DNA of 64,000 nt, taken from assembly GCA_951406725.2 (NCBI GenBank), contig OX597815.1, positions 89,280,001-89,344,000 of the forward strand, written 5' to 3'. Made by a program: the position numbers and the translations under genes. How positions within the stretch are numbered: the first letter of the stretch is position 1; each line of letters starts with the position of its first letter. Below the pieces are notes generated by a model, which did no database searches, was not told where the DNA came from, and was given only the letters and a program-made list of their open reading frames with translations. The DNA is from Octopus vulgaris. Lineage: Eukaryota. This document shows, in pieces, positions 10,536 through 21,909 of the stretch.

Positions 10536-12684
10536 AGATCTAAAGCATGTATACATAACTCTTCAGTTAAGGGATGTATCTATTCTTCATAAAAGAGCCG
10601 TTAACGAAAGTTAAGATATGTAATTCCATAAAGGTACCGTTTCTTTGCGTGTAAAATGCGACTGCCATCCTTTTTATCACCCTAATTTCTGTTTTGTACG
10701 CTATCTAGTTCAAAGTAGGATGTTATTTCAAGTCTATGATATATGTAATCAATTTACGGCTAGCACTCGATTGTATTAGAGGAATATAAGTGATATATAT
10801 ATATATATCCATTTAACTTTTGCAACGTATATACCGATGTGAATGAGATGAAGTGACATTGAAGAGGTCTTCAATATTCTTTTGTCTTAGCTTTTGTATC
10901 CTTGCTCACCACGTATTATTTTCAATAGCTAGCGGTAAAATATACAAGGGCCTCTAGAGTAAACAGTTTCTTCATTTATAGAACATAGCTTGATATTCAT
11001 GATATAATTTAGATAATTTATATCGAAATGCACGAAAGAAAATTACACAAATGTTTATTTTACAATTTCACCTGAATATCAAATTACAATTTTGATGATT
11101 TCTCTCATTATTTCAGTATATTATTCTTAACTTTATTTTGTATTATATCCCCTAATATTCAAGACAAAGAACTTAGAATAACACGTCCTCAACAATGCAA
11201 ACATATTAACAAATTAACGGTTAGAATGTTGCAGAAATGGTTGTTCCATTAGACACTGCTACTAATAATTCGACTTTCTGTCAGAGCCCACTAACATTGT
11301 TATTTCTTCTTAGAATTGAAATGTTCATTCTTTTAAAACTCTTTCACATAAAGCTGAATTTATATATTTTTCAAGACTTTACTATGTTTCAATTCAACTC
11401 CTTTTATGTCCACGTGGATTTAATCAGAATTCAATATATTGAGTAGGATAGCAAGATAACAAATTGGGAATACAAGTTGGGAAAAATATTAAAGTAACTG
11501 TGTTTTTGTACACGTTCAACGGAGAATATATTACATACTTAATAAAATGACGAACGCTCGGACTTTTATCATTGTATACATACATCTGAATAGCTTAATA
11601 ACATATCATAATAGTAATTTCAATCTTCCAATTTTTCCACAATTCCAAACGTGCTTCAGCACGAAACTCTGTTCAATAATAAAATCTTTATTTAGAAACC
11701 GTTTATATGCTACAGGTTACACCTTTTCAATAATGAATAAAATCACATGTTGACGTTATTAAATTTTATTTGAAATGTTATTAGTAATTTAGAATAGGCG
11801 TAGAGTTTGCTACTTCAATTGTCTGTTCACAGTAGGAAGCATAATTATAGAGACATAGCCCAGTCTTCTCAACTGAATATCTAACTGTAAAGAACATATA
11901 TTAATATATCAATTTAGCAATGCTGTTTGAACGAGCATTTGGCCTAGCGGCATTATAACATGTATTCTCTAAATTATGTATCTTTATAACCGAAAGAAAG
12001 TAATTACTAGAATATCATGGGCGGAATGTTGGTTAGTGACATTTAGCAAGATATACTTTCTATATGATGGGAGCAATCAATTCAATTTCAATATCGCCAC
12101 TGAAGATGATCCACATAACTTATGCCATAAAAGAAACTGAAAAGATATGAATGTTGTACTTAGTAAATCAGCTCTTTATAGAGTTGCCTTCATAGAAAAT
12201 AAAATTATAACCAAAAATAACGCGGTGATGTTATTGCAATTGCAGAGTGGTCGGTTAATATTTTTAAAAAATTTAAATTGGAGGAACAAATGTTAATGCG
12301 TTAAACGATGTGATAAAACAGAATTACCTAGAGTTGAAATTCTGTTGGAATTATTTATCACCACATTTCATTACAACAGATGTTTTTAAAACAGCAGATA
12401 TTTCAAACTTAATAAGAAGAACTTCTTTGATATAAGGAAAAATACAAAATCAAACTGATGAGCAACAAAGAGTAAAATGCAGCTCATAATTTGCTATAAC
12501 TCCATCTTGTCAGCTGACATTGAAATAATGATTTTAATGACACCAGTATCTTAAACGACAGATTTACGTACCAACATTTCACTCCTCATTTCTTAGGATC
12601 TAATAACTTTATTGTATCAGTGAGAAGACAATATGGACAATATGGGTAAACATATTCAGCATTAATTACAGCAACAAAATATAA

Positions 12685-12830
12685 AAAGTACTCAACTGGT
12701 ATTTATTTTATCGACTCCGAAAGAACGAAAGTTTTTTCTTGGTGGTATTTGAATTCAAAACGTGAAGACAGACGAAATGTTGTAATGCATTTTGCCTGGC
12801 ATGTTAAAGATTCTGCCAGCACGTCGCCTT
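12685..12830 (-). mobile_element. SINE family B, diverged
   Basis: aactggtatttattttatcgactccgaaagaacgaaa...ttctgccagcacgtcgcctt matches the copies at 27003-27622. Confidence 0.8.
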
Positions 12831-12981
12831 ATGTTGTTCATCATATTAAAAGATTAATTTAAATTGTAAATGCATTCATTCGCCTTGAACATGTGCGTGC
12901 TTACACGCATTTACATGTACATACGTACACACACTCACACATATACACTCACATATACACACACATGTGTATATATACATA

Positions 12982-14208
12982 CAAGGTGCGATGCGTAAAT
13001 TGTTACCATTTTTATATTGTGCACCGTCTGTGGGAAAAATAGCACCATAACGCAATTCACTCTGGCAAAAACTTGGAAACGACATGCTGTACTACTTGGC
13101 CTTCGCGCCGAAATCTCCAAATACGAACATTTCAGAGTGTCTAGGTGTCAATCTGAGGATCGTCCAGAAGATTCGGAAGGAATTGGATAAGTCTAATGGT
13201 GATTACGAAGGTAGGGAAGCTCGGATAACTCGCTCTGATCGTTTTGATAAGGAAATAACTCCTGAATTTTTTGGTGACATCCAAGCCAAGATTGTTAACG
13301 ATCCCTCCAAGTCAATCAGGTCCATCGTCAACGATATGGAAATGTCTGAGTTTCCAATCAGACAGTTAGTGTATGAAGACATTCGGTATTCCTCATACAA
13401 TATAAGAAAGGGCCAATTTTTATCCCATGTCATCAATGACAAGAGGAAAGACCAAGCTACGAAGGTTTTGAACAGGCTCAAGCATCTTCTCCAACCGAAC
13501 ATGCTTTGGTTTTTCTCAGATGAAGAAACATTTCTGCCAGGATCAGATATTGAACACACACAACTACCGTTAACTTTCCGTGTCCCCAAAACATGTACCG
13601 ACAGTGATAAAAATCAAACATCCAGTCAACATCATGTTATTTGGAGTGATCACTAGTGATGGTGACGTTATGCCTCCATTCATCTTCCACACCGTGTCAG
13701 ACTCAACGTAGAGACCTACATCAAGTGCTTGGAGGAGGCAGTGTTGACCTGGGTTAAGAGTGTGGCTGTTGGAAGTATCTATGTCTGGCAACAGAACTCT
13801 GCACCATACCACATAAGCAGGAGAACTCAATCATGACTGTGAGACAATTTCTGCGACCACATCACCCCTAACATATGACCACCTAACTTTCTAGACTACA
13901 ACTCCCTTGATTATTATGTGTGGGACGCAGTTGAGCGAGAGCCCCTACAAAACTCCTTGTAACACCAAAGATGAACTGAAGGCAAGGATTAAGGCAACAC
14001 TCACCAACTGAAACAATGAAACCGTCCAGGAGAGTTGCAGGTTATTCCGAAGTCGTCTGGATGCCGTGGTTGATGCCAATGGCGATTTTATTAAATAAAG
14101 TTACTCTTTTAGTGTTTCAAGATATTTCTATGTAATTTTAGTAAATAAATCCGTTAAAATAAGATGCCAGTGTTATTTTCCTTTTTGCATAATTTAGACG
14201 GCACCCTG
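12982..14208 (+). mobile_element. DD37D (maT-type) IS630-Tc1-mariner element with a pseudogenised transposase
   Basis: TA|CAAGGTGC...GCACCCTG|TA ends; WFFSDEE; YVWQQNSAPYH (second D mutated to N), then exactly 37 codons to SLDYYVW; several stops and frameshifts. Confidence 0.88.
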
Positions 14209-14319
14209 TATATAGGGAGTGTGCTTATGGGTTGTACTATTGCGGTCACGTTATCGAATTTTGAGCCTGATCGCGCAAGTTTTCTTTCTGGCTTTTCAGT
14301 TTAAGCTTGGCCACTCCAA

Positions 14320-14402
14320 TAGCAATGTGCACCAAAAAAGAACAAAGAGCGGTGATCTGATTTTTCTGGTCGGAAAATGTGTCAGGTGCTGAAATTCCTC
14401 AA
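14320..14402 (+). mobile_element. Mariner transposase N-terminal remnant
   Basis: Translates as CTKKEQRAVI*FFWSENVSGAEI, matching the mariner EQRAVIRFL...EI start. Confidence 0.65.
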
Positions 14403-17093
14403 TTTAGCACAATTGGTTAATGGTTTCATCGGTCTGGGGAGCCCTGTGTGAGCGTGCATCCTCATGTAGCAACAAAACTTTCGTTACACTGATGTTTAGC
14501 TCTATAGAGATGCATATTGTTGGTTTCTACAGAGAAAGAGAAGCATACGAATTCAATATCCTAAGCGAATATGTATTTAACAATTTACAGCAGTTAACAA
14601 TTCACAGAATTGCTTGTGGAATTTGTAGCATGAAAGTTTTCTACGTAACTCAGTGATGTCGAATTAGGGAGTGACGCTACTTTTGCAGGCGTGGATACGT
14701 CGTGGATTGGTGACAGCGTATGAACTTTAATCTTTTATTTTCCTCAAATGACAGGATGCCCATTAAATTATACGGTAACCACCTAATTCCATTTATATGA
14801 ACGTGGCATATAACTATCTATTAACTATCTGATATCTGTGAGCAATTATATAATATGCATTTGCTGTGTAGCCAATAATTAGCGATGTGGTTCTCTAATC
14901 AGTAGAAATTGTTGAGCTGAACATGTAGATTTCAAAATCCAGTAAATATGATGTATACTTATAAGGAAATTTTCTCTTATTACATTACCATTTAGTGTGC
15001 GATAAAGGGCACAATTCTCTGTTGGAATTATCTGGTTTCCAGTTGAGAACCGGTGCAATTTTACTTTAGATCACTGTTCAGGCAAGGTCAATTTTCTTTT
15101 CAAATATAACGTGATAAATAAAAGAGAAATCATTGTGGACCATATGTTACACAAATGCAACCGTTTCTTTCATCTGCTTGAGAATTCATGAAAATATTAA
15201 TAAACTGAAAACCAAAATTCATTAAATTTATATCTATGCATATAGCTAAGATATACAAATAGCGATTGCTATATGCTATTACATAATACGCCGTATTATC
15301 TATATGCATACAGTTAACATAGCTTCACTGTATCAATTAAATACTAAAAAATCTTCCACTCAACTGTAGCGCCGCTGAAGTGCAACCAAATTTGCAGTTC
15401 TAAATAGTAGTTGGGCGTTTCTTTGGCAAGGAGTGTTTCAATATCTTGTCTTGGATTAGGTCAGATGATGCGAAGTTTTCCACTAACTTCATGATATATC
15501 TAGTTTTACATTGCTCGAGATCCATGAAACACAAAGTAATGTTTCCAGTTTTCTGTGCTCTAGGATCATGCTATTGTACTTTCCTTTCGTGGAAATAAGC
15601 AATAGCGTTATTGTTCTCGGAGAGAAGAGTGGTGTTGATTTCTACATGGAAATTATTGATACTAAAACTAAATAATTTGGGTGCAGAATGGACAGAAACA
15701 TTTTGAATTTAAAGTTTTAAAGATATCCTATCCTAGAAGTGCCTAAAGATTTACTCTATGAACCATGAAAGTAATATTCATTTAATGCAGTCGGCATGTC
15801 CATTAACATTGTTTTCATCATTTTATGTCAGATAAACTAGACTGATATTGATACAGACTCATATATTTTGGGTAGATATTGTTATATGGTCTCAAAAAGT
15901 TATCCTATTTGAGTATGAGTAGACAATGTGCTTGACAGCCAATTACTCACTCATCGTATCTTATAACAAGGTATCTCATAAATGCCAAATATTATGAAAT
16001 GCAAAGCACCTGCTAACATTTGTGATATCTGTTGGTACGGAACTGATTTTGGAACGTACAATGAATAGAAAATGGAATTTCTGATCCCGTCTTTGTACGA
16101 TCTTAGTTGTATACTAGGACGGATGAGAAATTTTTGTCCTGCTGTTTCAAATTTAGGCTAGAACATATTCTATTCGATCAACTGTGTCGTAACCTGTATT
16201 TATGTAACATAGTTCACAATGCTGAACTTCTTTCTCAAGGACACATCGCAGAAAAGCGTTATCTAATTTCTGCAAAATATATATTAGTCGCCGCAGATCT
16301 TTGACAACTGCTTTGGTACTTTCGTATTTTATGGTGTTCACAAACTTCTATTAACTTTCAAAATGTAAACCACAGTGGTTTTTGAATGCCTTTTATGAGG
16401 AATACAGACAATATAATATCTTCGATTCTTTAGTTAGGTTCGGCATTTCTAAGACGAAACAATAAGCTTTCTTTTGGGTGCAATTTTGTATGGCCCACTC
16501 TATAGCAGATGAATTATGCATGCGCTTTACACAATGAATATCTAATAGGATTTGATGTTTCTGAAAATAAGCAGTAGTATTAAATTCAATAGAAACTTTT
16601 AGATGTACAAACGGCTTTCAACTATATAGGAATAAATCTTAGTTTCACAACATTTATTTGGAGTATAAACGACGCTCGATATCGTATTTGCTATATACCT
16701 ATTAATTCGGCGGTTTCTCTTCAAATAATAACAATTTGACATTTCAGAGATCTCATAGATTCTAATAATACAGTGAATTCAAGTAAATAAATAATTTAAC
16801 CTCACAAAATGTCTAAATAAGTTTATTTTCTGTTCTGAAAGCTGCAAGGAGAGATAATTTACAAGAAGAGTCGCCTTCCTTGAGAATGAATAAATATCAA
16901 AATACCATTTTATTCTCATGTTCGGGTATGAAATTTCTTATTTACAAAGGTGCATTAAACATATATGTCTGAAGAGAAAAACTTCCGCTTTAAAGACGAT
17001 TGTTTTCTGTAAGACATACTCAAACGCATGAACTTAAATACTACGCGTGCACGCATGCGCACACTAACACCACACACACACAAATAGACACAC

Positions 17094-17246
17094 AGGCGTA
17101 GGTGTGGTTAAATGTTTGTTCCCCAATATCCTTACGGTTTTAGTCCCTCTGCCAGGAGCTTGGGCAAGTGTCTTCTACTACAGCTTCGGGCCGACAAATG
17201 CGTTGTAAGTGGATTTGGTAGGTGGAAACTGAAAGAAGCCTCTCGT
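17094..17246 (+). mobile_element. SINE family A head, diverged
   Basis: cttgggcaagtgtcttctacta...gtggatttggtaggtggaaactgaaagaagcc matches 48380-48543. Confidence 0.85.
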
Positions 17247-18768
17247 GCACACACACACATGCACACAAACACACATATATATGTGTTTCTATGTGTGTGT
17301 GCTTGTGTGCTTGTGCGTGTTTGTGTGCATGTGTGTCTGTGTTTGCGTAAAATAGTTTTTTTTAGGTTTTTGTTCATGAAAGTTTACAAATTGGTTGGTG
17401 TATGTAGTGATAATATTTTACATGCATAACGATTCGAAATGTCCACCATGTCTTTTCATCTTAGGACTTAATCACTTCTTAACTGTTTTACCACCTCGCT
17501 ATTTTTTACAACAACCATTGTTAAAGCTACAATTTTTTGAAACTTTGTCTGAGCCGCTATATTTTGTAAAGGATAAACAATAAAACAAAAGATCTCCAGA
17601 GACGCCATAAAAATTTGCATCTACTTTCAATTTGTGTTTAAATAGTGAGTTAATTACTATGTTTAAACAACGGGTGAATGCATTCGCCGCAACCGGCGAA
17701 TATGCTATTAACTGCATAATAGACTAACCTGTCGCCGGTCATATTTTTCTGAAAGTATAAAAGTATTAATGATTATTCGAAGTGAGGTATATAAGATTAC
17801 GTAATCCACCTGCATTGTAAAATTCCAGTAATGTGTTTAAATTCCAATCTATAAGGTGAAGTATCACATTAATACATGTAGAGATAAATGCATATATCTA
17901 AAGAGAAAAATAGGTACGAAAATTACTTGTCCTATGAATCTGAGGTTATCCAATTTATCTTCTACTGGAAAAAAATTGCCCCAACATCATAATGCTTTCA
18001 GAGACTGGCAACGTTATCATTCTCACAGAGAAAACAATTAAATATGCTGTGATAATATAATTGCAAGTTGGTGTCATTATTGGATCAGAACGTCAAACGA
18101 TGTAATAAATACTTCAAATTCGGAGCCTCAATAATATAAATAGTTGAATGGATTTTTCACAACACTACCTTCTGCTCCTATTCATTTGAAGTTGGAGTTT
18201 TAACCCTCGGGTTTATTCTCACTCATTTATTCAAATACTCTGGCTTTTGTAGTCTTCTTCTGCATTACCGTGCAGTGCAGTATTATAAACTACAATGAAT
18301 AAAATATAATTTTTATGATTTTTCCAGAGCGTTGACTATTTTTCTTCACACACACTAGAGTATTGTAGATAAAGAAATATGGTATCGTAACGCCGAAAAC
18401 TTTTCGAAGGTTGATAACAAGGTGAGAAAATTTACGTAAAAGGAAAGTCAAAATCGGGTTGATGATAGAACGCTCCAGGAGTATACGTTTAGATTTAATG
18501 CGGCTGAAGCTTCATTTAAGGCTTATAAAAGCAAGACAGTTTAATGACCGATTGGGTCAACATTTTAAAAAATATCTGAGGTGATATATAAGTACTTTAG
18601 CTAGGTTCTGTTCCTTATTCTCTTCCATAGAAATTTGAGTGTCTGTGCCTAGCCAAATACAGAATTTAATTATTGATCTTGATATACAAGTATTTTATAG
18701 AATAAACATCATAATATTGTGAAGTACATTGAAACTAATTTCATTAATGGATCCTCCTCCTCCTCCTC

Positions 18769-18945
18769 CTCATCATCATCATCATCACTTAACTTCCGCT
18801 TTCCATGCTAGCATAGATTGGACGGTTTATTAGGAACTGGCAGAGCAGGGGGCGCACCAGATTCCATAATTTGTTTTGGCTTGGTTTCTACAGTTGGATG
18901 CCCTTCATAACGCTAACCACTTTGCAAAGTGTACCGGGTGATTTG
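18769..18945 (-). mobile_element. SINE/RTE-type 3' portion with a (GAT)n tail (family D)
   Basis: (CAT)n followed by ttaacttccgctttccatgctagcat..ttggacgg and ggatgcccttcataacgctaacc; similarity from memory, single copy here. Confidence 0.6.
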
Positions 18946-19736
18946 TTCTGCATGTGTATGTGTGTATGCGTGTCGTATGTGAGCGGGTGCGTGCGTATGT
19001 ATTTAAAGGTTTCAACATGAAATTTAAAAGCAATGGAATAGAAGTTATTTATGATTTCAAATAGTTAATTTTATCAGGTCTAATTTATTGGACGATTTAT
19101 ATAAATTAGAACTATTATATAAACGATAGACTATATCATACACCAATATTCAATTTTTATTTAGTATAAATTACTAATTGGCATTTGCTTATTATTGTTT
19201 AGGTAAAAATGTATAATGCCTTCACTTAGAATCAATATCAAAGAAATATTTGGTTGAAAATATCAAACGGTAAACAATTTTTAAAAGATAGAATGCGTAA
19301 GATAGTTAATTGGAATTACTGTAGAAACTCAATTAGCGGCTTTGTGTGTTTATTACGAAGATAATTTGGTGGAAAAGATAGATAATTTGATTTGGTTTCG
19401 AGTTTTCTTAGCATTTTAGAATATTTAAAGAGAAAAACAAGGAAATATAGAAAGCTGTATGGAAATTATGTTACAATTTGCAAACTACACGAAGAAACAA
19501 ACGCGCTCTAAAAAACATGAATATAGACTTCAAGTAAACAACATTTGTAAAACGAAGAATGCATAAATAGTGATTTTTTGCTTTTAGTTGTTTTTAGATG
19601 GTTAAATAAGTCGAAACCCATCCTTTTTATATACAAATGCCCACTACTACAGGAGAAAAATGTATGAAACATATACACACAAACTCAAACAAATGTAGAA
19701 TGTCACATGAACGCACGCGTATATAAGTATATCTCT

Positions 19737-19739
<3 letters not shown>

Positions 19740-19828
<89 letters not shown>
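19740..19828. repeat. (TA)n(TG)n microsatellite
   Basis: Read directly. Confidence 0.95.
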
Positions 19829-19831
<3 letters not shown>

Positions 19832-19834
19832 CGA

Positions 19835-19995
19835 AGCTGTACGACAACCTCCCAATAGTTAGCTTGAAGATAACACAGAGGAGACAGAGGTTAGCTGGAC
19901 ATACTCACTCAGTGCTCCCTACACGGACACACACACTAGAAGAAGATCGAGGATGACATATGTTGGTGCCCTTAGGAAAGACTCATCTATGGCTC
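19835..19995 (+). mobile_element. RTE-clade LINE C-terminal remnant
   Basis: Translates as LYDNLPIVSLKITQRRQRLAGH...RSRMTYVGALRKD, similar to the RTE RRLRLAGH...GRP..TY.D.L..D region. Confidence 0.6.
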
Positions 19996-20013
19996 TCGGG
20001 AATTTTATAGATA

Positions 20014-21308
20014 CGAGGGACGTTCAATAAGTAATGCCCCTGACCCACTTGCAGCTGTTTGATCTAGCTGAAATTTTGCATGTGCAATTATTTGTATCTC
20101 TATAGATTAAGTAGCAAATTACAGCTCTGAACTAATTGGGGTTTCTGATTTACAGGTGTTTGAACTGAGTTAAGTGTGAAATGAAGCTTGTTGAGTGTCG
20201 AGCAGTGATCCGGTTTTTGTATTTGAAAGGACGCACACCACGGGAGACTTTTGATGAAATGAAAGTAACTTATGGTGATGATGCCCCATCATATGACCTT
20301 GTAAAACGCTGACATAGTGAATTCAAACATGGTCGGAACTCTGTGGAAACAGCTCCCAGATCTGGTCACCCCGCCTTCTGCCATTGATGAGGCATCTGTC
20401 CGTCAAGTTGAGGTTGCCATTTTGGAAAATCGACGCAAAACTATTCGGCAAATAGCCCATGAGGTCAAGAGTAGTACCGGGTCTGTGGAAACTATCATTC
20501 ATGACCATTTGCATATGCAAAAGGTGTCTGCCAGATGGATTCCCAGGTTGCTCACACCTTCCCAGCAGCAAGGATGCGTCGAGTGCTCGAGGATGAATTT
20601 GGAGGTGTGCCAAGAAGATGAGTCAAATTGTTTTCAAAAGACTAATTTCACAGGATGAAACCTGGATCCATCACTATGATCCAGAGACCAAAGCCCAGTC
20701 AATGCAGTGGAAGCACCGTGACTCACCTCCTCCAAAGAAGGCAAGGGTGCAGCCCTCCGCTAGCAAGGTCATGCTCACAGTCTTCTGGGACGAGGACGGA
20801 GTAGCGATGACAGATTTCCTGGCAAAGGGTACCACAATTACAGGAGCCTATTATGCTTCCCTTTTGAGGAAATTAAGAGAAGCTATCAAAATCAAGAGGC
20901 GGGGCAAGATCAGCAAAGGCATCCTCCTCCTGCAGGACAACGCTCCGGTCCACAACTCGCTTGTCGCCAGATCAGAAGCACAGGCGTGCGGCTATAAACT
21001 CATCCTCCATCCCCCCTACTCTCCTGACCGTGCACCCTCTGATTTTCACCTCTTCCCAGCCATGAAGTTGATTTTGAAAGGAAAGTGTTTCCCAGATGAT
21101 GCAACCTTGATTTCTGAAGTCACGTCGTGGTTGGAGGACCAAGCTGGGGTCTTCTATAAAAACGGTCTCCAGAGCTGCATCAAACGATGGGAGAAATGCG
21201 TAACTCTGGGTGGTTCCTATGTAGAAAATGACTAACAACTCTGCCAAGTTTCGTTGCTCTACTGCTATGGGAAGTGGGTCAGAGGCATTACTTATTGAAA
21301 GCCCTTCG
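20014..21308 (+). mobile_element. Full-length mariner (DD34D, irritans-like WIPRLL); transposase 20181-21235 with one stop and two frameshifts
   Basis: 37-bp TIRs with 4 mismatches, TA on both sides; MKLVECRAVIRFL, WIPRLL, DETW, QDNAPVH, and 34 residues between the second D and the D of YSPDRAPSD. Confidence 0.95.
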
Positions 21309-21837
21309 TATATACAGCGTTTCCCAAAAGTCACTGATGTGTTTCAATTTGTAAAAATTTCCTTAATTGTACAAATAAATGCAAAAAAGTTTGATACAAT
21401 ATGAAGGACATAATGAACATTAATATATATCAGTCCAATTCTGCAACACTACTACATCGCATGTGCAAAACGACATCGCTTAAAAGGCAGCCATTATCGG
21501 TTTCTATATGTCCTCCTTCAGTTGCACCGGAGTCTTTGCCTTGTTGAGGTAAATTATTGGTAATTTAGCAAAACAATATTATCGCCAGGCGAATTCTCAT
21601 CAGTAATTTGCTAAATTACCTATTAAAGGATGGCAAATAATATTATTTGCTAAAGAAATTCGAAACCATGGTATAACCTCTAATAAAAATAACAAGGTAA
21701 AAGTTTTTATTTTTCAATTCCTTGTGAAATTGCTATTAAATCGTAGTTTTGGCCGTGTTGGCTGCTATTTGTAGCATGTAAAAATTACCTGTTAAAGGGT
21801 AGTTTTCTTTTGTGTTTAAATGTACACTATTTTAATA

Positions 21838-21843
21838 CACACT

Positions 21844-21906
<63 letters not shown>
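21838..21906. repeat. (CA)n(TA)n microsatellite
   Basis: Read directly. Confidence 0.95.

Positions 21907-21909
<3 letters not shown>

Noticed and set aside
18359-18421. 63-nt AG/GT-bounded open segment (SIVDKEIWYRNAENFSKVDNK); similar candidates at 24548-24584 and 38313-38358
   Set aside because: No recognisable homology or consistent exon chain; expected by chance in 64 kb. RNA-seq would be needed.
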